A stretch of DNA of 50,992 nt from contig JBMOHV010000002.1 of assembly GCA_049317645.1 (NCBI GenBank), positions 1-50,992 on the forward strand, written 5' to 3'. Under the pieces are notes generated by a model. That model worked only from the letters and a program-made list of their open reading frames with translations. It was not told the DNA's origin and did not search any database. The stretch is from Bacteroidia bacterium. GTDB lineage: Bacteria > Bacteroidota > Bacteroidia > UBA7662. A program made the position numbers and the translations under genes. Shown here piece by piece: positions 26,524-36,220 of this stretch (the first letter of the stretch is position 1; the number at the start of each line of letters is the position of its first letter).

Positions 26524-27951
26524 ATGGCCAAAACCAAACGCAGTTTTCGTTGCCGGGATTGTGGAGTCCACACCCCCCAATGGTCCGGGCAATGCCCATC
26601 CTGCCAGACCTGGAACACCCTGGTTGAAAGTTTGGAGCCAGGCCAGGCCCAACCCAAGGCGGACCGCCGCAAAGCTTCCGGGGATTTAATCCACGGCCAA
26701 GGAGAGGTACAGGCCATCGACCAAATCGTTTTGGAAGAGCAATGGCGCATTCCGGTGCCTGACGGGGAATTGCACCGGGTTTTGGGGGGTGGCTTGGTCC
26801 CCGGGGGCCTCTGTTTGCTGGGCGGTGAACCCGGTATCGGCAAATCCACCTTGCTGCTCCAATTGGCTTTGCGCCTCACCAATCTGACCACCCTCTATGT
26901 CTCCGGCGAAGAAAGCCGGCAACAAATTCGTCTCCGGGCCGAAAGGCTGGGGGCCCTGCACTCCCGCTGTTTGTTGTTATGCGAAACCGAAACGACCGCC
27001 ATTTTTCGTGCCATTGAAGAAACCAAGCCCCAATTGATTTTGGTAGATTCGGTCCAAACACTCTTTCAACAAGAATTGGACTCGTCCCCGGGAACCGTAG
27101 CCCAAATTCGGCACGTAGCGGGAGAATTCATGCAATACGCTAAGCAAAACCATGTACCCGTTATCCTTGTCGGGCATGTCACCAAGGACGGCAACCTCGC
27201 AGGACCCAAAGTCCTGGAACACCTGGTAGACACGGTGTTACAATTTGAAGGCGACCGTCATCAATCCTACCGCCTGTTGCGCAGCCTCAAAAACCGATTT
27301 GGTGCCACCCACGAATTGGGGATTTATCAGATGGATGGCGATGGTTTGAAAGAGGTGCTGAATCCATCCGATCTGCTGATGAGTCGGCATTGGCAAAACC
27401 GTTCGGGTATAGCGATTGGCAATACCCGCGAAGGCAACCGCTCCCTCATGGTCGAAGTTCAGGCCCTGGTTTCACCGTCCAATTTTGGCCAGTCCCAACG
27501 CAACAGCACGGGCTTTGAACACAAACGTCTCCAAATGCTGATCGCCGTCCTCCAAAAACGATGCCGACTGCCTTTGTCCCAACACGATATTTTTTTGAAC
27601 CTGGCCGGCGGTCTCGAAACTTCCGACCCGGCACTGGACTTTGCAGTCTGCGCCGCCCTGGTGTCCTCGCTCTTGGATTTGCCTCTGTCCAACCGCTGTG
27701 CCTTCATCGCCGAAATCGGATTGGGAGGAGAGTTACGGCCCGTTTCGGGCATGGATGCTCGCCTGGCCGAGGCCCGCAAGTTGGGTTTTGACAAAGTCGT
27801 CCTTTCCTCCCACCAAGGCATCGAGGCCGGTATCCTCCCCGGTGGACGCAAAACCAAAGGCCTGCGTATTTTGCCCATGGATTTTATCAGCGACTGGACC
27901 CAGACCCTACGAAACCATAACAACGAACCAACCGAAACGAACCATGCTTAG
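26524..27951 (+). CDS. radA: DNA repair protein RadA/Sms
   Basis: N-terminal zinc ribbon FRCRDCGVHTPQWSGQCPSCQTWNT, Walker A GGEPGIGKSTLLLQ, KNRFG motif LKNRFGATHELG, and a Lon-like C-terminal domain. Confidence 0.92.
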   Translation: MAKTKRSFRCRDCGVHTPQWSGQCPSCQTWNTLVESLEPGQAQPKADRRKASGDLIHGQGEVQAIDQIVLEEQWRIPVPDGELHRVLGGGLVPGGLCLLGGEPGIGKSTLLLQLALRLTNLTTLYVSGEESRQQIRLRAERLGALHSRCLLLCETETTAIFRAIEETKPQLILVDSVQTLFQQELDSSPGTVAQIRHVAGEFMQYAKQNHVPVILVGHVTKDGNLAGPKVLEHLVDTVLQFEGDRHQSYRLLRSLKNRFGATHELGIYQMDGDGLKEVLNPSDLLMSRHWQNRSGIAIGNTREGNRSLMVEVQALVSPSNFGQSQRNSTGFEHKRLQMLIAVLQKRCRLPLSQHDIFLNLAGGLETSDPALDFAVCAALVSSLLDLPLSNRCAFIAEIGLGGELRPVSGMDARLAEARKLGFDKVVLSSHQGIEAGILPGGRKTKGLRILPMDFISDWTQTLRNHNNEPTETNHA

Positions 27952-29080
27952 TCCCGTTACCGGAACCAAGGAGCGGGCCATCCTGGTGGGGGTGATTACC
28001 CCCCAACAACCCGAAAACCAAACCTCCGAGTACCTCGACGAATTGGAGTTTTTGAGCGAAACAGCTGGAGCAATCGTCTGCGCACGCTTTACCCAACGCT
28101 TGGCCCACCCGGATCCCCGAAGCTATGTGGGCAGCGGCAAACTCCGGGAGATGGTGGACTATGCCAACCAAGAAGGTTTGGACCTGGTGGTTTTTGACGA
28201 TGAACTCAGCGCGGGCCAACTCCGTAACATCGAAAAAGCCTTTAACCCGGACCCCCTGGAGGCTTCCATCAAGGTCCTGGATCGCAGCACTTTGATTCTG
28301 GATATTTTTGCGGCGAGGGCCCGAAGTTCCCAAAGCCGATTGCAAGTTGAATTGGCTCAACACGAATATCTATTGCCCCGATTAACCCGGATGTGGACCC
28401 ACCTTTCCAAGCAAAAAGGAGGGATCGGTATGAAAGGCCCCGGTGAAAAGGAAATCGAAACCGACCGTCGGATCATTCGAAACCGAATCACCCTCTTGAA
28501 AATCAAGCTTCAGGAGATCGACCGCCAAAACCAAACCCAACGCAAGAACCGCCAAACCCAGTACCGGGTGGCCTTGGTCGGTTACACCAATGTTGGCAAA
28601 TCCAGCCTGCTGAATCGACTGACCAAAAGCGAAGTATTTGCCGAAAATAAATTGTTTGCAACCCTGGACACCACCGTCCGCAAATGGGTCTTGGATAGCC
28701 AGCCTTTGTTGTTATCCGATACGGTCGGGTTTATTCGCAAACTACCCCATCACCTGGTGGAATCCTTCAAAAGCACCTTGGACGAAGCGCGCGAAGCGGA
28801 TTTGCTCCTCCACGTGATCGATGCCTCGCATCCGGGCTTTGAATCCCAAATCCAGGTGGTGGATCAAACGTTGGTGGACCTTGGCATCTCCGGGACCCCT
28901 ATCATCCGGGTTTATAACAAAACCGACGCCCTGCAACTGGAGCCCGAGGAAATGAATTCCTTTGAACGTAGCCACTGTGCCCGGCATCCCTTATCTGTTT
29001 TTATATCGGTCAAAACAGGGGCGGGCTTGGATGAACTGCGCGGCATGGTCCGCCAGCAGGCTCACGAAATTTTTTCGTAA
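27944..29080 (+). CDS. hflX: GTPase HflX
   Basis: ERAILVGV..., the HflX N-domain, G1 motif GYTNVGKSSLLNRLT, and DTVGFIRKLPHHLVESFKSTL. ATG 27944 overlaps the radA stop by 8 nt. Confidence 0.9.
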   Translation: MLSPVTGTKERAILVGVITPQQPENQTSEYLDELEFLSETAGAIVCARFTQRLAHPDPRSYVGSGKLREMVDYANQEGLDLVVFDDELSAGQLRNIEKAFNPDPLEASIKVLDRSTLILDIFAARARSSQSRLQVELAQHEYLLPRLTRMWTHLSKQKGGIGMKGPGEKEIETDRRIIRNRITLLKIKLQEIDRQNQTQRKNRQTQYRVALVGYTNVGKSSLLNRLTKSEVFAENKLFATLDTTVRKWVLDSQPLLLSDTVGFIRKLPHHLVESFKSTLDEAREADLLLHVIDASHPGFESQIQVVDQTLVDLGISGTPIIRVYNKTDALQLEPEEMNSFERSHCARHPLSVFISVKTGAGLDELRGMVRQQAHEIFS

Positions 29081-30225
29081 TGCGCTTGGCGGCTCACCTT
29101 CCTACAGAAGCCATGTTTGGCAACCTGCAGGCCGGAGAGGCGGTGGTCCTAGGGCTCATGTCGGGTTCCTCCTTGGACGGGGTGGACCTTTGTCTGGCGC
29201 GATTTGGCTACGGACCAAAGCGACCTTGGTCCTACGAAATTCTAAAAAGTCGCACCGTTCCTTACGATGAGACCCTCCAAGAACGACTTCGTCGGGCCCC
29301 CATGGCCCCCCGCCAGGAGCTTCTGGACCTGGACGTGGACTTGGGGCGTTGGTGGGCCCATGAAATCAACCGCCTGCTTCAGGATCGCTCTGGGTTCGGG
29401 CCCCACGATGCGCCTTTGCTCCTGGCTAGCCACGGACATACCATTGATCATCGTCCGGATCGGGGTTATACCTATCAAATCGGGAATCCGGCCTGGTTGC
29501 ATGCCCTGACCGGCCTGCCCGTAATTCATGATTTTCGGAGCGCCGATGTCGCCCTGGGTGGCCAAGGCGCGCCCCTGGTACCGATGGGCGATGCCCTCCT
29601 CTTTGGGGACTACAACGCCTGCCTGAACCTAGGAGGAATCGCCAACCTTTCTTGGGAAGAACAAGGTCTTCGCAAGGCCTTTGATATCGCTTTTTGCAAT
29701 ACCGCCCTCAATCGTTTTGCTCAGAGGGTCGGTCTGTCCATGGACCGGGATGGGGTGCTTTCCCAAAAAGGCCGCTTAATTCCCGAACTCCTAAGCACCT
29801 GGGATGCAGCTCCTTGGTACCAACAAACGGGGGCTCGAAGCCTAGACACCGCGACCTTCGAAGAGCAATTTGAACCGCCCACCCTGCAGCAGGCCTACCT
29901 TCCCGAAGATTTGTGTTATACCTGGTGCATTCATTGGGCAGGGGTTACCGCCAAAGCCCTAGTAGCTTGCAACGAAAGCTCTCATAACACCGGTCGCGGT
30001 CGTGTTCTCGTCAGCGGTGGGGGGGCCGCCCACCCCATGCTTTTGCGTTGCCTCTCCGAACGAACCACGATGGAAATCGTGGTCGCCGAGCCTGAACTCC
30101 GGGATTTCAAGGAAGCCTTGGTCTTTGGGCTTTTGGGGCTTTTGCATCAACTGGGTTTGCCCAATGTGCTTGGTTCGGGAACCGGATGCCCCTACAACCA
30201 CCGGTCTGGGTCCAGGCTGGGCTAA
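29080..30225 (+). CDS. anmK: Anhydro-N-acetylmuramic acid kinase
   Basis: GLMSGSSLDGVDLCLARF and DFRSADVALGGQGAPLVP are AnmK signatures. ATG 29080 overlaps the hflX stop (TAATG). ATG 29113 is an alternative start. Confidence 0.85.
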   Translation: MRLAAHLPTEAMFGNLQAGEAVVLGLMSGSSLDGVDLCLARFGYGPKRPWSYEILKSRTVPYDETLQERLRRAPMAPRQELLDLDVDLGRWWAHEINRLLQDRSGFGPHDAPLLLASHGHTIDHRPDRGYTYQIGNPAWLHALTGLPVIHDFRSADVALGGQGAPLVPMGDALLFGDYNACLNLGGIANLSWEEQGLRKAFDIAFCNTALNRFAQRVGLSMDRDGVLSQKGRLIPELLSTWDAAPWYQQTGARSLDTATFEEQFEPPTLQQAYLPEDLCYTWCIHWAGVTAKALVACNESSHNTGRGRVLVSGGGAAHPMLLRCLSERTTMEIVVAEPELRDFKEALVFGLLGLLHQLGLPNVLGSGTGCPYNHRSGSRLG

Positions 30226-30234
30226 TTTTGGGCC

Positions 30235-31338
30235 ATGCAACTGGATTCCTCTCCCCCTGCCACCACAAGCAGACCCGTTTGGGTCGTCACCGGTGCCACC
30301 GGCCTGGTCGGCGAAAACCTGCTCACCGCTTTGGACGAAAGCCTGAATTCCAAAGCCCCCGCATCCAAGCCTTTGTTAAGGGCTTCCTATCGCAACCCTG
30401 CTCGGATTGGCAGCCAAGGCGTGCTTCCAAAAAGCCTGAGTCCAAGGCATACCGAAGGGCAAGCCCATGGCCGAGACTATTCTTCGTTCGGGGTGGAATG
30501 GCAATCCTGCGACCTGAACGACTGGAACAGCCTGAACGATTTGGTTCAGGGAGCCGAGGTGGTTTTTCACTGCGCCGCCCTGGTTTCGTACGATCCAAGG
30601 GATGCGGAGCTGCTTTTTGAACAAAACACCCGCATGACCGGGCAATTGGTGGACGCCTGTCTATCGGCCGGGGTGCGACGGCTGGTCCATGTGAGCTCCA
30701 TTGCGGCCTTGGGCCCTTCGCGTAACGGAGAAACCATTCACGAAAACACCCCCTGGGACGAGAAGGGAGCCTCCTCCGTTTATGCCCGTTCCAAATTCGA
30801 GGCCGAGCTGGAAATTTGGCGAGGCCAAGAAGAAGGGCTTGAGGTCATCGTAGTGAATCCTTCGGTCATCCTGGGGCCCGGCGCCTTTGATGCCGGCAGC
30901 AACCAAATGTTTCGCCAGGTCGATCGCGGCCTCTTGTTCTATCCGCCCGGCTCGCTGGGGGTCGTGGATGTCCGCGATGTGGCCAGGGCCTGCATTGATT
31001 TGAATGAACAGAATGTTTTGGGACAACGCTTTTTGTTAAACGGCGCCAACCTCACCTTCCAAGAACTTTTTGGAGAAATCGCGCGGATCATGGGACGAAA
31101 AGCTCCGGCACTTTCGCCGCCCTATGCCTTGGCCAGGCTGGGGGCCTTGATTCAACAAATCATCAAGCAATGGACAGGGGGGCGCAATTACCTCAGCGCT
31201 GAAACCGTCCGGGCTGCCTATACACGCAAGCGCTACGATGGATCGGCGGTCCTCAAAGCCTTACCGGGTTTTGAATACACGACTTGGGAAAAAACAATGC
31301 AGGACGGCGTCTACCATTACCGCCAAAAATCGGTCTAA
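30235..31338 (+). CDS. NAD-dependent epimerase/dehydratase-family (extended SDR) protein
   Basis: VWVVTGATGLVGENL (Rossmann GxxGxxG), VHVSSIAALG and YARSKFEAE (YxxxK). A ~50-aa low-complexity insert follows the first beta-alpha unit. Confidence 0.75.
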   Translation: MQLDSSPPATTSRPVWVVTGATGLVGENLLTALDESLNSKAPASKPLLRASYRNPARIGSQGVLPKSLSPRHTEGQAHGRDYSSFGVEWQSCDLNDWNSLNDLVQGAEVVFHCAALVSYDPRDAELLFEQNTRMTGQLVDACLSAGVRRLVHVSSIAALGPSRNGETIHENTPWDEKGASSVYARSKFEAELEIWRGQEEGLEVIVVNPSVILGPGAFDAGSNQMFRQVDRGLLFYPPGSLGVVDVRDVARACIDLNEQNVLGQRFLLNGANLTFQELFGEIARIMGRKAPALSPPYALARLGALIQQIIKQWTGGRNYLSAETVRAAYTRKRYDGSAVLKALPGFEYTTWEKTMQDGVYHYRQKSV

Positions 31339-31345
31339 GCCCTCC

Positions 31346-31504
31346 TTAATCCAGGCCCACCATGCGGCCTAAGCCATAAAAAACGGCCAACCAAACCAAG
31401 CCTTTGATCAAAAAAAACAGAAAGCCGGCCCAGCCTAATCTCTGAAGCCACCTGCGGCCTTTGGAGGGTGGGGGTGGGGTGGGGTGGGGAGAATTGGAGT
31501 CCAT
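31346..31504 (-). CDS. Possible 52-aa single-pass membrane protein with a Pro-rich N-terminus
   Basis: MDSNSPHPTPPPPSKGRRWLQRLGWAGFLFFLIKGLVWLAVFYGLGRMVGLD has one clear TM helix. It lies 25 nt downstream of the FtsX-type permease on the same strand. Short, so uncertain. Confidence 0.35.
   Translation of the reverse strand: MDSNSPHPTPPPPSKGRRWLQRLGWAGFLFFLIKGLVWLAVFYGLGRMVGLD
31466..31489 (+). repeat. G-quadruplex-capable run GGGTGGGGGTGGGGTGGGGTGGGG
   Basis: Five G3-5 tracts separated by single T residues on the + strand. This is the template strand of the small minus-strand ORF, where it encodes PHPTPPPP. Confidence 0.7.
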
Positions 31505-31529
31505 GGCGGTAGGGCTGGGTGCGGTTCGG

Positions 31530-32807
31530 CTATCCTTGACGGGTCCAAGCGGCACGCCGCGCCGGAAGCCATGCAAAAATAGCGCCTACAACGAGGACGC
31601 CCAAGAAAACCAGCAAAGCATCGGTCCAGCGCAGGTCAACCGGATAAGGCATAGGAGTCACACCGCTTTGGCCCGGAAAGGTGACCAGCGCAAAGTGTTC
31701 TTGAAGCAAGCAGAGAAAAGCCCCTGCCGCTAGACCCACCAAAGCCCCTGCCGTAACAATACCCATACCGGCCAACCAAAAAACCTGAACCACCGACGAA
31801 GGCCTGGCCCCTAGAACTCCGAGGATTTCAATGTCTTTGCGCTTTTGGAGCATCAACATGCTGAGGGATCCCACCAAATTCAGGGAAGCCAAACCAACGA
31901 TAAATAACAAAAAAACAAAGGTCCACCACTTCTCTGCCGCAAAGATTTTGAGCAGGGCCGATTCCTGCTGCAAACGATTCTGCAAACGCAAACGATTCGG
32001 AATCGGAGCCGATGCCAGCACGCGATTTAGGTCTTGTTGAACGCGATCAGGATCCACGCCCGGTTGGGTAACTATTTCAAGAGCACTGGCAAAACGATCC
32101 TCAACGCCCATCCGGGAACGCAGGCTATCGAGGTCGGTCAAGACCATTTCTTGGTTGACTTCCGGCTGAAAATCAAAGAGGCCCTCCACCAACAAAGGGA
32201 CTTCCACAAAAGCTTGTTCGGCGGATAAGGCCTGAATCTTGGCCCCTTGCCGCGGAACATAGATCAACAAGGGAGGCGCCTGTGGGCCTACTTCCAGGGC
32301 CAAACGCTCCGCCAGGCCCACGCCCACCAAGGCCCATGGACGACCTACCAAACCGGAGGTCCATCCGGCGGTGGGCTGTTCGGGCCAAACCAAGGCGTCA
32401 TGGGTCGGAATGACCTCAAAATAGGCCCGGTCCACCCCTTTGATCCAGACCAAAGCTTCTTTGGTCCCGACCCGGAGCAAGGCGTTGGTCTGCAAGGTGG
32501 CCGAAACGGCGCGAACCCCTTCCACCTTTTGAATCAACGGAATCCAGGCCTGCGCATCCAATTGCATCCCCCGCTCCGGACTGGCCTTGAACGTGGGGTT
32601 GAAGCGGTTGTACATGCCCAGGGTTAGTTCCTCCAATCCGTTATAAACCGACAAAACGAGAATCAACGCTGCGGTCCCCAAGCCCAACCCTACCAAGGAA
32701 ACCACCGAAATCCATTGGCTAAAATGCCATCCACCACGGGTTGGTCGGTTCCACCGCAGGTATCGTCCGGCCATCAGCCAGGTCCAAAAAGGAATTCGGC
32801 GATTCAT
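31530..32807 (-). CDS. FtsX/LolE-type ABC transporter permease
   Basis: MNRRIPFWTWLMAGRYLRW...SVVSLVGLGLGTAALILVLSVYNGLEE (the LolC/E-like N-terminus), a large periplasmic domain, and a C-terminal FtsX 3-helix bundle. ATG 32807 overlaps the upstream stop (ATGA). Confidence 0.8.
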   Translation of the reverse strand: MNRRIPFWTWLMAGRYLRWNRPTRGGWHFSQWISVVSLVGLGLGTAALILVLSVYNGLEELTLGMYNRFNPTFKASPERGMQLDAQAWIPLIQKVEGVRAVSATLQTNALLRVGTKEALVWIKGVDRAYFEVIPTHDALVWPEQPTAGWTSGLVGRPWALVGVGLAERLALEVGPQAPPLLIYVPRQGAKIQALSAEQAFVEVPLLVEGLFDFQPEVNQEMVLTDLDSLRSRMGVEDRFASALEIVTQPGVDPDRVQQDLNRVLASAPIPNRLRLQNRLQQESALLKIFAAEKWWTFVFLLFIVGLASLNLVGSLSMLMLQKRKDIEILGVLGARPSSVVQVFWLAGMGIVTAGALVGLAAGAFLCLLQEHFALVTFPGQSGVTPMPYPVDLRWTDALLVFLGVLVVGAIFAWLPARRAAWTRQG

Positions 32808-33616
32808 GGTCTGCTGGCACGGACCACCAATTCCGAACCCTGCCAATGGGCAAAGACCACATCCAGCAAATTCAGCAAGAGAATCAGGGGATAGGTTAAC
32901 ACAAAATAAAGGGGCAGCACGGCCATCCAGAGTCCGGATTTTTTTAACAAATATTTGGGCAAACGAATGCCCAGCCTGGTGGAGAGACGACCGCTGTAAC
33001 CGTACGCGTAGTGGGCCCTGATCCGGGTGTATCCAATTTCTTTGAGGGTTTTTTTGAGGCTCAAGGCATTGTAGCGATGGGCCAGGCCTTGATTTCCTAA
33101 CAATTTATTGGTAAAATTAGGCTCCACCGTTAGGGCCTTGTCGGATTGAACCGCTAACAAAAGCGTACCCTCCGGTCGCAGGGAATCAAAAAAATTGGTC
33201 AACACCAAACGATCGTTGGGCAAGTACTCCAAGACATTGACAGCCAATACCAAATCAAAGCAATCGGGTTCACGATAGGTCTCCAGGTTGGCGGTTTTGA
33301 AGAAGACTCGGTGCTTGCCTCTTTCCAAAAAATACCGATTGCATTCGGCCACTTCGGAGGCTTCGCGGTCCAGGGCGCAGATATTCCAGCCCGGAAAGCG
33401 ACTGCTCATAAAATGCTCGTACTGTCCCATCCCGGCCCCGGCATCCAGGACATGGAGGTTGCGTTGGGACTGGTTCAAGGCCAGACCCCAGAGTTCTTTG
33501 CGAATATGCCAAAAACTGACGACCAAGGCTTCGGTGAGCGTATAAAAGAGGGTTCGGAACCCCGGCCTTTCGTGCAGAAATTGTCGTAAGGCTTGCCTGA
33601 ATTCGGATTGTTGCAT
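32804..33616 (-). CDS. Class I SAM-dependent methyltransferase with a C-terminal hydrophobic segment
   Basis: VLDAGAGMGQYEHFM (motif I), DLVLAVNVLEYL (motif II/III region) and a C-terminal WMAVLPLYFVLTYPLILLLNLL helix. Confidence 0.7.
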   Translation of the reverse strand: MQQSEFRQALRQFLHERPGFRTLFYTLTEALVVSFWHIRKELWGLALNQSQRNLHVLDAGAGMGQYEHFMSSRFPGWNICALDREASEVAECNRYFLERGKHRVFFKTANLETYREPDCFDLVLAVNVLEYLPNDRLVLTNFFDSLRPEGTLLLAVQSDKALTVEPNFTNKLLGNQGLAHRYNALSLKKTLKEIGYTRIRAHYAYGYSGRLSTRLGIRLPKYLLKKSGLWMAVLPLYFVLTYPLILLLNLLDVVFAHWQGSELVVRASRP

Positions 33617-33646
33617 GGCCTAAGGGCAAACCCCGTCGTCTTTGGT

Positions 33647-33997
33647 TTATTGTTGCAACAAACGCTCGATCCGCTCTGCATAATCCAGGGAATCGTCCAA
33701 GTAGAATTCCATATCGGGGACCACCCGCAATTGATTACGGACCCGCAGGCCCAGTTCCTTGCGCAGGCCTGGTTTGGCCTGCCTTATCTTTTCGATCATG
33801 GCTTCCTGAGCCTGGGCATCGCCGATCCCGTAAACCGATAGGTAAACCCTGCACAGGGACAAATCGGCTGTGACCCGGACACGGGTGATGCTGACCAAGG
33901 CCGGGCGGGTCAGTTCCTGAAATTTGAGGCGCAAAACCTGTGCTAATTCCTCTTGTACCAGTCCCGATACTTTTAGCTGCCGCTTACCCTGCTCCAT
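33647..33997 (-). CDS. rbfA: Ribosome-binding factor A
   Basis: 116 aa. RQLKVSGLVQEELAQVL...VSITRVRVTADLSLCRVYLSV... shows the typical RbfA KH-like pattern. Confidence 0.85.
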   Translation of the reverse strand: MEQGKRQLKVSGLVQEELAQVLRLKFQELTRPALVSITRVRVTADLSLCRVYLSVYGIGDAQAQEAMIEKIRQAKPGLRKELGLRVRNQLRVVPDMEFYLDDSLDYAERIERLLQQ

Positions 33998-34029
33998 GGG
34001 GGTAAATTTAGGCCGAATTTTCTTTGCGT

Positions 34030-34578
34030 ATGTCCACTTCGTCCTCTGATTTTGAAAACCGGCCCGAGCCAGCCGCTCTGCCCTACGAGTTTTTTAGTCC
34101 GGTCCACCTGCGCTGGGCAGATATCGATGCCTTGCAGCATGTCAACAACGCGGTTTACCTCAGTTACTTTGAGCAGGCCCGCATTGACTATTTCCGGGCC
34201 TTGGGGTGCTGGGATTGGAACAAAGTGGGCATGATTTTGGCGAGGACCGAGGTGGATTATTTGAGACCCTTGCTGATTCGGGACAGGGCCTGGGTGCTGA
34301 CCCGCACGGTACACTTGGGCTCCAAGAGTTTTACCATGGAATACCTCATCGTCCGTAAGGCGTCGGACTGGTCCGCCGATTTGAGACCCTGTGAGAGGAA
34401 TACCCCCGGCATGGTCCCGGAGGAGTTGATGGAGCAGGGGCCTCTCCAAAGCATCACCAAGGCCCGTTCGGTTTTGGTGGCCTTTGATTTTGAAAGCAAC
34501 CAATCGGTGCCAGTCCCGGAAGCCTACCGCGATGCTATCCTGCGGAAGGGACCGAGGCCAATTGCTCCAGGGCTATAG
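34030..34578 (+). CDS. Hotdog-fold acyl-CoA thioesterase (YbgC/4HBT-like)
   Basis: VHLRWADIDALQHVNNAVYLSYFEQARIDYF and ILARTEVDYLRPL are 4HBT signatures. The track start at 34024 is a TTG; the first ATG is at 34030. It has a ~40-aa insert relative to typical members. Confidence 0.7.
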   Translation: MSTSSSDFENRPEPAALPYEFFSPVHLRWADIDALQHVNNAVYLSYFEQARIDYFRALGCWDWNKVGMILARTEVDYLRPLLIRDRAWVLTRTVHLGSKSFTMEYLIVRKASDWSADLRPCERNTPGMVPEELMEQGPLQSITKARSVLVAFDFESNQSVPVPEAYRDAILRKGPRPIAPGL

Positions 34579-35740
34579 CGGCCATGAGGCCGGCCCCCAA
34601 GGGCAAAGCACTTTCGTCCACATCAAAGGTGGAGGTATGCACCGAGGAAACCCATCCTTTGGCTTCATTGCGGGTGCCCAGGCGGTAAAAAGTAGCCGGA
34701 ATTTGCTGAGCATAAAAGGCAAAATCTTCGGCGGCCATCCATAAATCCAAATCCACCACTTGTTGGGGCCCCAAATAAGCTTCGGCCGTCGAGCGGGCCA
34801 GGGCAGTTGATTCGGGATGATTAAAGAGCATTGGATAACCCCGATCGATTTCAACATCGCAGACCGCCCCCATGGCCGAGGCGGTGCCGGAGGCGATTTC
34901 GCGTATCAAAGCATGGGCTTGATCTCGCCATGTTTCATCCATGGTGCGAAAAGTTCCCCGAAGACGGACATCGTTGGGTAACACATTGTAAGCGCCTTCT
35001 CCAACAATATGACCAAAGGACAAAACGGAGGGGAGGGTGGGGTTGGCACGTCGGCTAACCACTTGTTGCAAAGCGACGACGATATGCGACGCGATGAGGA
35101 CGGCATCGGTATTCAGGTGGGGCATGGCGGCATGCCCTCCCTTGCCACGAATCGTAAGTCGAATTTCATCGGCGGAGGCCATGTAACGACCGCTGCGAAA
35201 TCCCACAGTACCCGCCGGTAGTAATGGCATAACATGCTGACCATAAATGGCTTGGGGCGTAGGGTTGGCCAGAGCACCGTCGCGGATCATCAGCGAAGCT
35301 CCGCCTGGTAATTTTTCTTCGGCCGGCTGGAACAAAAAGCGAACCGTCCCCGAAAAATCCTGGGTACGGGACCGTAACAAAGCAGCGACCCCCAACAAGG
35401 AGGCCGTATGAACATCGTGACCACAGGCGTGCATCACACCGGGCACCTTGGAAGCATACGGAACTTCGTTGGCCTCTTGAATCGGCAAGGCATCCATATC
35501 GGCGCGCAATGCCACCACCGGCCCGGGGCTATGGCCCTGCAGGTTGGCAACCACCCCGTAGCCTCCAATACCGGAAGTAAAAGGTATGTTCAGATCTCGG
35601 AGTCGCTCCTGAACAAAAGCAGACGTTTGAACCTCTTCAAAGGAGAGTTCAGGGTTTTGGTGTAAGTGTCGCCGATCCGAAACCAGGGTTTTTTCCAAGG
35701 CTTCGGCATCCCGCCTGAGGGCTTCAGTCTTCGTAGCCAT
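34535..35740 (-). CDS. M20D-family amidohydrolase (N-acyl-amino-acid amidohydrolase-like)
   Basis: RRHLHQNPELSFEE, MHACGHDVH and LFQPAEE are metal-binding signatures of the M20D family. Start taken as the internal ATG at 35740 (MATKTEALRRD...). Confidence 0.85.
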   Translation of the reverse strand: MATKTEALRRDAEALEKTLVSDRRHLHQNPELSFEEVQTSAFVQERLRDLNIPFTSGIGGYGVVANLQGHSPGPVVALRADMDALPIQEANEVPYASKVPGVMHACGHDVHTASLLGVAALLRSRTQDFSGTVRFLFQPAEEKLPGGASLMIRDGALANPTPQAIYGQHVMPLLPAGTVGFRSGRYMASADEIRLTIRGKGGHAAMPHLNTDAVLIASHIVVALQQVVSRRANPTLPSVLSFGHIVGEGAYNVLPNDVRLRGTFRTMDETWRDQAHALIREIASGTASAMGAVCDVEIDRGYPMLFNHPESTALARSTAEAYLGPQQVVDLDLWMAAEDFAFYAQQIPATFYRLGTRNEAKGWVSSVHTSTFDVDESALPLGAGLMAAIALEQLASVPSAG

Positions 35741-36185
35741 CCTGCTCCAGGGTGGGTTCCCCTTCTTGTTCCGTTTTGGGGTAAAGCAAAACCTTGTCAG
35801 GCACCACAAAGGCGGATGGAAAATCGGATTTCATCATGTTGAGGTAGGCTGTGGCTTCGCCCTTGTCGCGAAAATCACCAACCCGCACCCGGAAATCCGG
35901 CTGCCGGTACCCCATGTACACCCCCAATTTGGGATAGGACTGGACCATCAAATCCCGGATTTCTTTGGCCCGGGTCCGGGATGAACCTTGGTACAACTGC
36001 ACGCGGAAACCGGGAATTTTCTTTTCGGGAGCAGCACGGTTCACTTGGGTATCCTCGACGGAACCAGTCGTCATCACGGAATCCAGTTCTGAATGGGAGG
36101 GCGCAGCCGACCCTGATGCGTGATTCGATGCCAAGAGACCTGCGAGGGTCCCTACCAAGGCGAGGGTCGATAACAATCCTTTCAT
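35724..36185 (-). CDS. SPOR-domain (peptidoglycan-binding) protein
   Basis: Signal/anchor MKGLLSTLALVGTLAGLLA. C-terminal FRVQLYQGSSRTRAKEI...YRQPDFRVRVGDFRDKGEATAYL fits the SPOR-repeat pattern. Confidence 0.75.
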   Translation of the reverse strand: MKGLLSTLALVGTLAGLLASNHASGSAAPSHSELDSVMTTGSVEDTQVNRAAPEKKIPGFRVQLYQGSSRTRAKEIRDLMVQSYPKLGVYMGYRQPDFRVRVGDFRDKGEATAYLNMMKSDFPSAFVVPDKVLLYPKTEQEGEPTLEQDGYED

Positions 36186-36220
36186 GATTCAAAATTAGAC
36201 CACAATGACGGTATGTCCTC

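Noticed and set aside
26469-26891. N-terminal 141-aa extension of the TPR ORF (track ORF 24642..26891).
   Set aside because: It is antisense to the well-supported radA 5' region and is not protein-like. A clean signal peptide begins at ATG 26468.
27641-27943. Upstream extension of the hflX reading frame, overlapping radA.
   Set aside because: This is an open frame inside the radA coding sequence. The conserved HflX N-terminus begins at ATG 27944, right at the radA stop.
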